Source: Psammoneis japonica
Taxonomy: Eukaryota
Direction of reading: 5' to 3'
DNA length: 64,000 nt
Assembly (NCBI GenBank): GCA_008632985.1
Contig: QPGO01000014.1
Span: 696,289 to 760,288, forward strand
Positions 1-12,882 of the stretch are shown one piece after another; the stretch's first letter is position 1; each line of letters opens with the position of its first letter. Below the pieces are notes generated by a model that was not told where the DNA came from, ran no database searches, and was given only the letters and a program-made list of their open reading frames with translations. Made by a program: the position numbers and the translations under genes.

Positions 1-1618
1 TGACATGAGACCTGGCCTATGGCTTGCTCCCTTTGCATGTGACAAGCACTCCAAGCTTGCTCGTGAGCATCCGGAATGGATCATTTGCAACGACCAAGGC
101 CGCTACGCGAATTCGTCCAACTGTGGAAAGTTCTTTTACGGATTGGACGCCTCAAATCCCGAGGTTCACGACTACGTCAAGACTTGCATTCGTCGTGCGG
201 TAAAGGACTGGGGCTACACTGTATTGAAAATTGATTTCTTGTACAGCGCATGCTTATCCGGCAATGGTAAATACGATTTGTCCATTAGTCGCGCCGAAGC
301 CATGCGCATGGCTTTGGAAACGGTACGGCATGCTGCTGGACGCAACACATTCTTGATTGGATGTGGGTGTCCCATTGGCACAGCCGTGGGCTACATTGAT
401 GGAATGCGCGTTTCGGCAGACACTGGACCGACATGGTATCCCGCCTTTCCTTTCCCCAAGAACGATCACGGGACACTGCCTGCTTTGAAGAGCATGCTTA
501 GGAATTCCATGTCAAGAGTATCCTTAGGACATCGATGGTGGCACAACGACCCGGACTGTCTCCTTTTTGGTAACAGCACCAAGTTGACGGACACAGAGGT
601 AACAAGTGCTGCGTCGGTAGTAGCCATGACGTGCGGTATGTTACTCCTATCGGACGACTTGACAAAGCTTACAGCTGAACGCCAACGTATTCTGAGCAAA
701 ATCTATCCCTTGACGGGCGCCACAGCCATCCCGCTAGACCTGCATAGCACCAACAACAAGGGAATGCCGTCTCTCCTAAGATTGTGGTGTACGGACCGCT
801 ACGACTTGACATTTGATGAAGAAGTACACGGCAGTCTCATTGAATCGTTTAACGTCTCCGAGCGAGATCACAATGCTGCTGCAACCTTCTTTGGGAGGCG
901 TGCCTCATTTCACGCCGACGAGCCTTGGCCGGTACCGAACGAGAGGAAGCGCAATTGCATCTGCGTTGCTTCGGGCATGGGTACATGGACGGTGCTATCA
1001 TTAACGAATAGCCATGATGTACCAAGAATCATGAAGGCCCCTTTATCTTCCCTGCATCCACCGCCAGAGACGGGGTGGGAAGAGGTGTCATATGATGAAA
1101 TCGAGCCAACGAAATCTCAGAAACGAAGCACCCACGGCTACCACGTGTTTGCCTTTTGGTCGTCGACCTATACCTGGATTCCAGATCAAGATGATCCTGC
1201 TACACAGCACACTGGGTGGAGCAAGCTTATTGACGCGCACGCGACGGAGATTATTCATATTCGGCCCGTGTCGCTCAACATGCCTCAATACGTGGGTAGC
1301 GATTTACACTTTTCCTGTGGATTTGAGGTGAATTCCTTCGAATCAACGGTATCCAGTGTCAACCTGTCGTTGAAGAATGACTGGCATCGAAAGGGGTCCA
1401 TCTTTTTGTATCTCCCACGTCAAGACGTCAGCTCTATTTCCGTGACTGTCAATGGTGTTCCGATTGATCGCAAGGTCGGGGGCTGGGATGTCGTGGCCAA
1501 CACTCCGCGTCATCACGATGTACCTCCACCAACTTGCCTTGGACGTATCATTTCAGTATTTGTTGTGATTCACGCAGATCAATCAGAACATGATGGCCAA
1601 GTAATTGTTAAATTCTAG
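1..1618 (+). CDS. Glycoside hydrolase family 36 (alpha-galactosidase/melibiase), 5' part outside the window
   Basis: 537-aa ORF with GH36-type motifs PGLWLAPF, LKIDF (nucleophile Asp), GCGCP, MRVSADTGP (acid/base Asp) and WHNDPDCL; normal dinucleotide composition. Confidence 0.85.
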   Translation, partial: DMRPGLWLAPFACDKHSKLAREHPEWIICNDQGRYANSSNCGKFFYGLDASNPEVHDYVKTCIRRAVKDWGYTVLKIDFLYSACLSGNGKYDLSISRAEAMRMALETVRHAAGRNTFLIGCGCPIGTAVGYIDGMRVSADTGPTWYPAFPFPKNDHGTLPALKSMLRNSMSRVSLGHRWWHNDPDCLLFGNSTKLTDTEVTSAASVVAMTCGMLLLSDDLTKLTAERQRILSKIYPLTGATAIPLDLHSTNNKGMPSLLRLWCTDRYDLTFDEEVHGSLIESFNVSERDHNAAATFFGRRASFHADEPWPVPNERKRNCICVASGMGTWTVLSLTNSHDVPRIMKAPLSSLHPPPETGWEEVSYDEIEPTKSQKRSTHGYHVFAFWSSTYTWIPDQDDPATQHTGWSKLIDAHATEIIHIRPVSLNMPQYVGSDLHFSCGFEVNSFESTVSSVNLSLKNDWHRKGSIFLYLPRQDVSSISVTVNGVPIDRKVGGWDVVANTPRHHDVPPPTCLGRIISVFVVIHADQSEHDGQVIVKF

Positions 1619-1629
1619 AGAAAGCTTTT

Positions 1630-2620
1630 TAAAAATCTGACATGTCCGCTGTGCCGAGCCGATAAGCGTGTTCCTTCTTCCTCTCAACACTACTGTATTT
1701 CCTAGCCAGCACCATATCTTCAATTCCCACGATCTACACCGTCCCAACGATATCCTGGCCGGATACCAAATGGGTTTGGCTTCGGTGGAGGTCCCTTGTA
1801 TCTCGGTTTCAGAGGAGCCGCCGGTCCACCGCCTCCTGTCTTGCGTGCAGACGCTTTCTGTTGCTTCTTGTACGCACATGCAGCCATGGGATCTTCTGCT
1901 CGAATCTCGTGCTTTCTCTCATATCTTCTAGGCCTAATAAGCCCGACGTGCAAAGGACTCTGTTTGCATTTGACTCACATGTTCTTGTTGCAGTCGTCGT
2001 TTGCGTCCCATGTTCAGTAGCTTGGATGCCTCCTCATCCAATTGTTTCGGCTGCTCTAGCTTTTCATCCACCTTGCCAGACTTGTCTATACGGTTTCTCC
2101 CATCCCGTGTGGTTCCACCATGAGTTGTGCTTCTTGCTTCTTTCCCCTCTGCAAACTGTTCTTCTGCCTTGTGGAAATCACTCGATTGCTGCAAACCTGC
2201 CATTTGACCCGAACTCATTTTCTCTAGGCCATTGCTACTGCTATCGTCGTCAGGAGAGTCGTGTCGACGGCATCTTGGAGGAGATGGACTCTGATTATCT
2301 GAATCATATCTACGCCTTCGTCTAGGGTTCTTCTAGGAGGAGGAGAGCTACTTGTCTCTGAATCATGTCAACGTCGAGTACGAACCTGTACGTTGCTGTC
2401 ACTGTCTGAATCATGCCTTTTTCGACGAGGCGGTGATGCGCTCGGCGAGTTGTGATGATTTCTTTGTCTCGGTGGTGAATCTCCTCTGCTACTATCATCG
2501 TCATCAGCATCATGTCGGCGTCTACGACGAGGTGGTGAATCATTATCATCATCAGAATCATGCCGTCTTTTTCTACTCGAGTTGCTATGGTCAGAAACAC
2601 GACTATCCACCACCTCCCAT
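1630..2620 (-). pseudogene. BUD13: BUD13/Cwc26 (RES splicing complex) homolog, frameshifted
   Basis: RRHDSD/SPPR repeats at the N-terminus; C-terminal signature PRYKGPPPKPNPFGIRPGYRWDGVDRGN, continuing after a frameshift as EDMVLARKY...AYRLGTADM; split over several frames with stops. Confidence 0.75.
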
Positions 2621-3061
2621 TCCTGCTTTTCCTATTTATTTCTTCAGAGTCCGCAACGCGGCAAAATGTTCGGCGATTTTCGACTTGAGGGCATCAATAG
2701 GCTCCAATTCCCAAGCAGGCAGGAAAAATGACATTAAACCGAGGATTGGACCTCAGCAGGGAAAACGCGATACCAGAAATATTCTCACATGCAATGCCTG
2801 GAATAATTTCCCTCGTGAGGTTTCCTGGTCCACGAAACGGACCTCCAGGTTCGCAAATACGACAGAAAAAAGAACCTTTTTTACCGGCAGGAATAGTAAG
2901 ACACGAGTAGTGAGACAATCTTACACTCGGTGGAAAAGGCTGCAGCCAACGAATCCGAATAGGCAAGCGAATTGTTGGTCATTTGGAGTATGATGCTCTC
3001 AACGAACATTTCAAGGTCCTTACAAGTAATGGCAGTGCCGTAATGGTTGGTTTTGGTAGCT

Positions 3062-6000
3062 TCAAACCATATCTACAGAGCTGCAGTAGCCTCCAGCAGA
3101 CGAAGCAGATGCGCTGCGGGTCTTCCTGTGTCCTTTTGAATCTGTGTTAGTGCTTCCTTCTCCAACAGAGCTCGATCGAGCTACTTTTGTGTTACTAAAA
3201 CGCCTACCAGAGCTTCCGTTCGAACTGTGATCGCCAATAGAACTTCCACGAGAAAGTTTCGGCGTCTTTCGATCTAGCATACCAGCCAACGAAACGCCTG
3301 ATTTTGTTCGACGCATTTTGCTGGTCTTCGCAACTCGATGCATCTCCCGCAAGTTGTGGTCGTCCACAACAAGGTAATCTCTTAGTTCGTCACTATCGTC
3401 GTTGCCGAAATGCGGCAAGTGCTGTTTCTTCAGTTGCGTAGTGCCACATATGCGAACCAGAGTTTGGCACCATTGCAGCGAATTGTTCTTGCAAATTTCT
3501 CCATCTGCTTCTCGCTCATTCCACAGACGCTCAAAGTGCATCTCGGCGTCGATTAAATCGCTGTAAAATCGAAGGTGCAGCATGCCATGGATGGAATCGA
3601 CGATCAAGTGATCTTCCTTCACCCTACTCCAGCGATTTTCTCTCGGTGAAAGAAGACTGCTAGTCGTACTATCATCTTGAGGCGGGAGTGGCTTCCAAAA
3701 TTCATCCGCGATGCTTTCCGTATCAAGCTTGCCCACAGAACCACTTGCAGCATCTTTCTTTGGAATTATGCGTTCGACAGTGGCTGCATAAACTGAGGAC
3801 AGATCAAGGTGGCCAACAACCTTCCGACCCTCTGCCACGTCACTCAACCTTAGACCTTTTCCACCATTGGTAGCTACGACAGCCTGGTGAACTGACCGAC
3901 CTTTCTCGGTGGCTTCTCCGCACCCAACGGATTCGCTGTACTCGTACTCAAACTTTGTGGGAGCTTCAAAATACACGATCTCAAACTTCGTGATGACCAC
4001 ATCAACAGTTGTCCAGGTATCTAGCAGGGGCAGGAGCTTTTTGTCACAACGACGCATGCTGCGAATAAGCCGCGCATTCGGAGCAACAAAAATCGATGAT
4101 CCTTTTCCTGACGCAGTATTGGAATCATCAACTTCCAACTCGTTCTTTGAGGTATCAACTTCGAACTGAGCCACCGCCAAAGGTGATAGCGATTTGTTTG
4201 GCGAAGACGTGTCACTTCGTTCGGCCTTTGACGCATCACTCACAGACCTGACCGGTTTTCCGATCTTCCCGGCTAGAATGACCGACTGCGCTTCTGCTGA
4301 GAGTTTTGAATACCGGCGGCCGAGCGACATAGAAGACTTCGTGGGTGACTTTGTCTCTCCTTCTTCACCACAAGTCTGATGTTTTGAGGGGTTCACAGAG
4401 TGATCCCCACCAGGCGGTACCTCGCTCGGGGCTTCCCGGAGGAGCTTCTGTGGCGGCTCATCCACGATGTCAATACCCAGCATCGCTTGAAGCAATTCCC
4501 CGCTAAACTCCCCGTGCCTTTTAACGACTTCGGGATACTTCGTTATTCCATGGTTCCAAAGTTCGATGAATGTTCCCGTCTCGTGCTGCAAACCTTTAGT
4601 GTGACCTTTGTGACCACCTGAAGTGTTGCCGTGCACGGTCTGCTCGTCGTATATTCCTAGATGGAACTCGACATGCTCCGCCGGGCCCTGAAATTCGGGC
4701 TTTCGACGGCAGAGAAACCGTGAAAGCTTCCGTGCAACAAAAAATCTGAGCAAGCGAAGTGCAATCAGGGATGTGAAGGGTTCAATATTCCCCACGCCAT
4801 CACCAACGCGGTTTCCAAATTGCTGACTGCATCTTACGTCGGATTCCGCAAGCAACCTGGTTTCTTCACTACTGCACTCCCTTTGCAGTTCTGACAGCAT
4901 GAGCAAAAGTAAACAAAGACTGCTTAACAGTACATCGAGTACCGCCGCAATGGACATCTTGACCCTCGCCTTGTAAGGAACGGGTTGTCCAGCGCGGAAT
5001 AAAATACAATCGATGACGATATTATGATGAACATTGACAACCATGCAGTTTCAAGCCAGAAATCAACTGCCGGTAACAGTTCCCAGGTGTTGCCTGGATC
5101 AGGAACCGTATTCGAAGCATGGAGAAGGGATTCAACTCGCATACCAACAAGAAAAAAACAAACCATAGTGCCAAACACAGCGCTCATATGCCTGTACACA
5201 CGACCTTGAAAGAACTCCCGACACTTCTGATCGATCGATTTCACAGGTTTGGCAAAGTCTTGCCTTCGTCTCTCACTCGGATCTATTTCAGGAATATCAC
5301 CCGCGTCGCTGTGACCGTCGTCAGAGCCGCTTGAGTCCAACGTATCGTCGTCTATGTCGCTGGTGACTACGCCATCGGCTTTTGCATTGCGAGACCCTTC
5401 TGCGGAATCATCTGAGCGAGAAGTGGCATTTTCAGGTACGACATCACTCACGAACTGAGCTTCTTCATTTGCAGCACCACTCGGATCGGATGCAAGTGGG
5501 GTAAACGGAGACGACGGGTTTTCCAAGGACTGGGTATTTTGAGTTTCAGAAAAGCTCACAACTTTATTTGGTGATTTCCCCCGTCCTTGAGGCCCCGCTG
5601 ATATGCCTCCCGCTCGACCTTCTGCACCGGCAAACTCGCCGTGAGACTCTTGCGCTCCAAGGCTCGACCGTCCCACTGGGATCGACAACTCCGTTGCGGG
5701 AACCGACATGATGGGGATTCCTTCAATCAATGGGTTGAGGGTCGGAGTCTTTTCTGGTGAGCGCCTTTCATGATGAAGCTGTGCATCCTTCTCTTCGGCT
5801 GCGGCAACCTTTGCCATTAGCTCAATAGCAGCATTGGCTGAGAGCGATTTTTTTCTCCGGGAACGCTCTCTCCTGCGAGTTAGTTTAGCTCCTAAGTCTC
5901 CCATTGTGGGCTCACCGATAGCTGGTAGTGGAGCGGCGGCAGAAACATTATCTTCGCCTTCATTAACACTGCTTAGCGTGACTTGAGCAGCGCCTGACAT

Positions 6001-7929
6001 CTTTCCCGGCGTCCTCATCAGCCTCATTGACGCCACGCCGTCAGAGACCGCTCTTTTCCTGGCACTTCGTCTGGCCTTTATCCTCTCTTCGCGGCTCAAA
6101 GCACTCTTCTTATTACTGCTCAGAAGCAGCTCCTTTGGAACCAAAGATCTTAGGTCTTCCGTTTTCGTTTCTGTGAGCTCTGATAAAAGAACACGATTTA
6201 ACGACCCGTCACTTGCACTCAAGTCGCTCATCTCGTCATGCTCTTTCTTTGATGCCACTTGCGTCCCTTCTAAAGCAAGAGCGGAGAGAGTAGACCTAGT
6301 GCTGAGTCTATTGAGAGCGTCATCGGAGCGGTGACCTCCGTTGAGCCATTTATCATCGATATCCGCGTCTTTAGAACGTTGGGCGTCCCTTTTCACTTGT
6401 GCCTTTGCCTGCTCCTGAGCCTGCTGTAGCAGGTACTCTTCTTCGGCTTGTTTGGCTTCCCTAAGGATTCGTTGCTTCTTCAACGTTTCTTTCAAATGAT
6501 GAGCGGCAAGCGTCTCCTGCAAGCGGTGTTTGTTCACAAGCTGTCCAAGACTGGTACAGAGAGTGTATCGAGGAATCACACGAGCACCAATATAAAGAAA
6601 CAGGGCATTTGCTAGTCCAACAATCAAAGCGTAGTATCCGGTCTTGATCCGACCATCTATCTCCTCGGTGAAGACAATCAAGAGAGATATGGAAAGCGCG
6701 AAACCAATCTGCATCAATTGCATCATCCCAATAATGTATTTCGGTTCACCGCCCCAAAAGAGTTTCATTTGCTTTTCTTTTCTTCGATAAGACGCGTCTA
6801 CAGACGATCCGCCACCTTCGTCGTCTCCGACTACGCAATCAATCAATTTTTCTTTCATAATTGCTCTGTATACTCGCTTGACCTTGTTGAATATTGCCAA
6901 AGACACTATCACCATTGCAAATAAAGAACAGATGAAAATTGCACTCATGGACGTCCCCACTTTCTCTAGATCTTCGGTTACATATGCAACCATTCCCATT
7001 AGAAAATACAGCAAGTTCAAACCCCCGGTCAGAAGCAGCCAAGAGAAAGGCTTGATGTGAACCATCTTTTTTAGAACGTGCATTTCCGATCGTTTCAGGT
7101 AATCAGACACCTTCAAATTCAAAGGTAGGTCATTTGCTTTAAGAAATGTACTCGTAATTCGTGGAACCGCACTTGCACCAGTAAATTATGGTGCTTCCGG
7201 TTCAGGCGAGGATTCCGTACCGGCGTCTCGAATCGCCTTGCACGAGTACTCGACCCCCTTCAAGTTCCATTCAAAGGCTACTTCGGCTGTGCGATCCGCA
7301 CGCACACTCTCATGTCTTTCCTGAGCCAATTTTTCATTGACCTTTTCGAATTCTTCTCTTAGCTCAAGGTAATTGTCCACGTCTAGCTGTTCTGTTTGTC
7401 GATCGGAAACGCGACCAGTGAAGAAAGCAAGTAAGACGGTCTCGAGAGCATTGAACAGAGCAGCGAAAAACAGCATAAAGTGAACGTCTGCAAAAAGCTG
7501 CTTCGCGTCCTTATTATAGTCAGTGTAGTAGGTTTGAAACAAGTATATTCCAAACTCTACGATTCCGAGAGTCGCCACTGAAAGCACCGATTTCGTAGGC
7601 AAAGTGTTAGAGCGGGGGGAGGCAATCTGGGTGAGTATTCAATGACACAAAAATTGTAAATTCTTACATTCTCGATAGACTCCTTCGAGTACAGTCGAAA
7701 AGAATGGTCTACCAACAGCCATGTAATCAATCTTGTGGCGGAAGAACTCGACGATCAGGATGAGACCCAACGTCAAGACAGCCACAGTCAGCACACTATA
7801 ATCTATTGATCCATCTTCTTTTTCACCAGCCAGTCTTCGAAACAAAGACTGTGTGAAGGACTCAAAGACACGCCATGAGGACATGTCGTCGTTGTCGTCA
7901 TGTAGCAACGTCTCCTGAGTCTCCGCCAT
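3062..7929 (-). CDS. MLO-like multi-pass membrane protein with a long C-terminal extension carrying extra TM helices; one intron (7578-7667) and about 3 apparent frameshifts
   Basis: MLO-like motifs in order: ILIVEFFRHKI, VYRELATLGIVEF (across a GT-AG intron), DVHFMLFF, DYLKRSEMHVLKKMVHIKPFSW, LFWGGEPKY, IPRYTLCTSLG; frames switch near 7220, 7140 and 5000. Confidence 0.65.
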
Positions 7930-7984
7930 GGTGGATGCTGAAGCTTCTCGTGTGTTTTCATTCAGGCTTGTGCAATCATGATAA

Positions 7985-8008
7985 ATATATATATATATAT
8001 ATATATAT
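7985..8008. repeat. (TA)n microsatellite upstream of the MLO-like gene
   Basis: Direct reading: uninterrupted ATATAT run. Confidence 0.95.
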
Positions 8009-8089
8009 TGTTCGTCTGACCGTCATTCGTCGTCCGTTCGAGCGAGAGAGTGATGGTGTCTGCGTGTGGATGGGGGTTCTTTGAACGAA

Positions 8090-10600
8090 GTGTTTGAATT
8101 GCAGAATGGCATTGATGTCAGTTTCCCATTGTTGGCCAGCTCTGGGTGCTGACTAACAGAACACTCACCACCAGCATTGGACCTGCAATGCCACCCGTGG
8201 ACACATGTGGCACAGCAGCACACTGAGAGACATGATGATGGTGTTTTCAGCGTGCTGGCAGTGTGCCAGCTGCTGGCACAGCTGCATTTTTGCTGCCTTG
8301 AGCTTCTTTGCTTGTTCAAAAAGAACAACAATTTTGCTGCTGTGTTGTGTTTGTCCTCCATGGATGGCAGCTTTTTGGAGTGATGAGCAGCTCACGCACT
8401 GCCGCTTGCAAAACAAAGAGCCCTCTTCTTTTTTTTCTTGAACAGCTGGCGTGTCCATCGAAGACATGTGCGGGGTTGCTGCCAATGCCAAAGGTGCACT
8501 GCTGTCAGCCAATGAGTTGGTTTTGACAAGTTGTCTTAATGTTGCCTTGATGTTGCAGTTCCAGCAGGGTTGGTTCTTCTCTGATGAGTCAAATTGAGGC
8601 AGTGCTTCACAAGCTGTTGCAAGGTGCAAGATTGTGCCGGAAACGGAAGAAACGGAAGACGTGGTGGCACTCCACATCCATCAGTGTGACACTGCCACCA
8701 AGGACAAACACTTGGTCTTTTTAAAACACTTTAAGGAACTGAGAAACTCAAACACTGGATGAGCAGTCCAGCCCTTCACTGGTGTGCGTCAGATGTTGTG
8801 CCTGATGAAAAATTCCATCAGACATTTATGACAGAGAGCTGCAAGAGCTCCCAGTTTAAGATTTAGATGACCTGACCCCCATGTGGCTCAGCAATGCTGT
8901 TGAAGCTATGGCTGCCAGACTTCTGCTGGTCAACACTCAGCTGCAGCAGCACAGAAGCAATGTCAGCAACTCATTTGGCAATGCCCCATTTGTTGAGTTT
9001 TTTCACATTTCAGGAAGAACAGGAGAAATCACCGCCAAACATGCTGCACTGAAAGATTGCCAAGAAAGATTCCAACTCTCAATTGGCCACAGAGGAGATC
9101 ACAAAATGGCAGAGCCAAAGACACACTGTGAGTTCACCCACCACAGAGTCCTTCCAAAAGAGGAAAAAGACACTCTGAGACCAAAGGTTGTCAGAAACCC
9201 AAAAGTGGCTCCAATGTTCTCACCTCAATCAGAGCTCTGCTGAGTCATCACACAAGGACATGAAGGCAAAAGACTCAGCAAACCCAACAGCAGGCAGTGA
9301 CCCCCCCCCCCCCCATCATCCTGACCAATGACATGCTGACATTTGGGTCATTGCCAAAAACATGCAATGCAATGCAAAGCAGTCATCCTCAAGGCCACAA
9401 TCAGCATGGAGGACATCCCACAAACTGTTGCCAGGAGGCTTGTGCAGTGCCAAAACCAGGAGACCCCAGCCCCAGATTCAAAACTTGTTGATGCACCTCT
9501 GGCTGAGCAGTTTGACCTGCTCAAATTGAAAGACAATGCTGACCATGAAAAGTGTGAAGCAGACAATGAATGTGAAAACCTTGCAGCAGCTTGTGAAGCA
9601 CCTTGCATTGATTTGGCAGAAGAGCCAAGTTCTGTTGAAACACAAAGATGACTCATCAACCAACTCATCGACTGCCTTTGGTCTTTGGCGCTGTCATCAA
9701 TGAGCTTGTGCACTTCTTTGGTTGACAAGCTCAACCATGGCAAATGGTAAAAAACAGCCCAGCATGAGCTGCAGTGTGACTTGAAAGATCTTCTTGGAGA
9801 GAAGGCTCCCCAAGGATCAACTTCACAACTCCAGTCACAGCCTTTGTCAACTCTGCTGCCTGCAACAAGATTGGCTGATTGTCTTCAGCCCAACCAGTGT
9901 TTTGCTCACACAGGCAACACAAGGGATGAACTTTGCCACAAGGTAGAAAGTTGGTTTGTTCCAATGAGAACTTGTTCCAGAGTGCCAGGTGAAACATGTG
10001 CTGACAATTTTGGCAACATCTGGAGAGGTGGGTTGCGATGATGAAGATTTCACACAAAGTCACAAAGATCATTCCTTTTTCAAGATGATGGCATTGCTGC
10101 CAAGCAATTGCAGCTGTCAAATCTTCATCTTGGGAATTACAGTGACAAAAACAGAGGTCCTTCTTCCCCTGTCAGGGACAGAGTGCATGTCCTTCCGACT
10201 GGAGTGTAAACGACCCGAGCTTGTGCCGGCTTGCATCTCTTGTTTGTCATGACAGCTGAAGCAAGGAGTGTCTGTTACTACACTGATGTTAAGCGGTCAG
10301 TGGCTTGCATTTTGGAACAGTTTGAATCGAGGCAGAAGGTTCAACATTGAGTTGTCATGGTTCACTCATCCTCCACTCTTGTCAACTCTTGTCCCAAAAA
10401 CACTGCGTCACAGTGCATTTCTCGAAACTTAGTTTTTTGATGCATGCACGGAAATCCTTCCAACCATTGCAAAGATGTGTGCTGACTTTGATCATCTTGT
10501 AGACCCCAGTTGACCCAAAGCGACAGTACCTCCCAACTACGAGCTCTCAAAACTGGAGACTGAATGGAGACTGCCATGCTGAGTCGATTTTTGAGAAATC
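8090..10600. mobile_element. Degenerate transposon-derived block, TpA/CpG depleted
   Basis: Very few TA or CG, excess TG/CA, only broken Cys/His/Gln-rich ORFs; family not identified. Confidence 0.55.
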
Positions 10601-10869
10601 AGAAATCGCATGAGATCTGAGTCGGGATGCGCCACCTTCGTATGCAACACACACGTGGCCACGTCGACGTGGGACTCAACTCCCGCCATCGAACGATACA
10701 TACACGCGGAGCGAATACAGTGCCAGTTGCTTCCATTCCACTATCTTTAAACAGCGATCGCTGCCCGCTTGGCGATTGTATTGTTGCTCTCCGAGTCGTC
10801 TCTGTGGTGGAGCTTGTCTTTTGAGTTGCTCCTTTTCGCCATCTGTTTGGATTTTTTTGTTGTCTTACG

Positions 10870-12576
10870 ATGAAGCAAGCTGCAAAAGCAGTCGCTTGTG
10901 CTGCCGCTGTAGCTGCGAGTACAGCGGCGTCATCATCTACCTCCACAAGTTTCAAGTCATCTTCTGTTGTCTCTGGAATAGTTTCCAACAAAAGCGCATA
11001 TTCAGAGCAATGTGAAGAATCAAGAGATATCGGGAGAGCCGTGCCAGCGACATTGATCACTTCAATCCGAGGAGGCGAAGCAAATTCAGAAGAGGATTCA
11101 TCAGCAACGACGCGGTCTGAGAGCGAGAAAACACCAAAGAAGAAAAAGAAGCACGCGAAGAAAAAGAAAAGGAAAGAGGAAAAGCAGGACGTGCATGAAG
11201 AAGAGACTTCCACAGCAAAGGATGATAGTTCCCATAACAATCATCACCGGAAACACCACCACAAGCAAAAGGACGACGACTCTGCCGAATCATCGGCTCA
11301 CCATCACCATAATCTACACAAGGCTCATCAAGACAGGGTTGTCAATGAGATTCTGAATTCAGACGACTATTATACCATCTTGGGTGTTACAAAAACCTGC
11401 ACGTCTGCACAAATTCAAAAAGCCTACCGAAGACGCTGTGTACTAACTCATCCGGACAAAATGTCTTCAGGAGATCGTAAGGCTTTCGATAAGGTTGCTG
11501 AGGCTTATGAGGTACTAAACGATGAATCTAAACGAAACCTGTATAATCGTTATGGAAAGGCTGGAGTTGATGGAGGTGCTGGAGGAGGTGGCGCCGCGTC
11601 ATCTTTTCCACAAGAATTGTTTCGCTCCTTTTTCGGAGGAGATCCGCCACAGAGACGGTACCAACCCCGCAATCGTACTGTTCGCTATCAATTGGAAGTC
11701 TCACTGGAGGACTTGTACAATGGCGTAACAAGGTCGGTCATCGTGACGAAACCTGGAAGTTCCTCTTCGAGTGATCGTAAGCGTGTCGAGGTACACGTAG
11801 AGCGTGGCATGGCATCTGGACAAAGCATCACCTTATCGGGAGAAATGGATTCAGTCAGAGACGCCACACCTGCTGATTTAGTCTTCTTGTTGGCACAGCG
11901 TCCTCACCCCACTTTTACGCGGAAGGGACATGATTTGGCAATTGAATTAACTATTGGTTTACAAGAAGCAGTCTGTGGTGTTTATGAGCATTCCATCAAG
12001 CACTTGGATGGACGTGTCATTACCATATCTTCTGCGAGAAGAAAGTGGAGAGGAAGTGAGGGAGGAGAGCCATTCATGATTCGAACCGGTGATGTTCATG
12101 TTTTAAAGGGTGAAGGTATGCCGAAGCGACATGTCGTTGGTGGTAGCCATCACCATGACACCGATTTAAGCGACGAAAGTCACGACGAGAGTAGCTTTGG
12201 AGATTTGTACGTGCAATACCGAGTAGAAATGCCGTCTTCAGAAGCGATACGCAACCTGTCAGTAGAGGAGCGCGAAGACTTGGGGCGTCTACTAGCAAAG
12301 CTCGATGGCAATCCAACCCCCAAAAGAAGAACTGGTAAAGACCCTGAAGGTGTGAAACTGCTACAAAAGGCGACTTCTTACGACTTTGGACGTGCAAGCG
12401 GTCCATTTCGTACAAATGATCCACACGACCCACATTTTGGAGGCGAAGCGGAACACAACGGTTCGTCATTTCCATTTGGCACGGGACAATTTCACTACTT
12501 CTCCAGTACTGGTGGCAGTCCGTTTGGCTTTGCCGCTGATGATGAAGATGGAGAAACTCAATGCCAACAAATGTAA
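10870..12576 (+). CDS. DnaJ/Hsp40 co-chaperone (J domain, G/F region, DnaJ C-terminal domain, CAAX end)
   Basis: DYYTILGV...HPDK...AYEVLND..KRNLYNRYG, YQLEVSLEDLYNG, HPTFTRKGHDL, LKGEGMP, GDLYV; C-terminal CQQM prenylation motif; no zinc-finger repeats. Confidence 0.92.
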   Translation: MKQAAKAVACAAAVAASTAASSSTSTSFKSSSVVSGIVSNKSAYSEQCEESRDIGRAVPATLITSIRGGEANSEEDSSATTRSESEKTPKKKKKHAKKKKRKEEKQDVHEEETSTAKDDSSHNNHHRKHHHKQKDDDSAESSAHHHHNLHKAHQDRVVNEILNSDDYYTILGVTKTCTSAQIQKAYRRRCVLTHPDKMSSGDRKAFDKVAEAYEVLNDESKRNLYNRYGKAGVDGGAGGGGAASSFPQELFRSFFGGDPPQRRYQPRNRTVRYQLEVSLEDLYNGVTRSVIVTKPGSSSSSDRKRVEVHVERGMASGQSITLSGEMDSVRDATPADLVFLLAQRPHPTFTRKGHDLAIELTIGLQEAVCGVYEHSIKHLDGRVITISSARRKWRGSEGGEPFMIRTGDVHVLKGEGMPKRHVVGGSHHHDTDLSDESHDESSFGDLYVQYRVEMPSSEAIRNLSVEEREDLGRLLAKLDGNPTPKRRTGKDPEGVKLLQKATSYDFGRASGPFRTNDPHDPHFGGEAEHNGSSFPFGTGQFHYFSSTGGSPFGFAADDEDGETQCQQM

Positions 12577-12882
12577 CTTTAATAAGTATGTGCGTGGGTA
12601 ATGCGTCCGTCACTGCCGACGCTTCCGTCACATCATACCAGGTAATCTTTTGCCGTTAATTAAAAAAAAACAATGAAATGGCGATATGTTTTTAACGCAC
12701 TGATTGTAACTGTGTGGTTGTGGCTTCGAGCCGTCCATTAGGTCTCCAAATCATTCGCCTTCTGAACGTGCATATTCCCGCATGCTGCCTCAAGGCTCAC
12801 TGCAAGCACGACGTAAATTAAGAAAATGTGGAAGGAGTTAGGACGCCGCGTGGACTTCTTTCGCCCCCACCCATTCTTAGCC

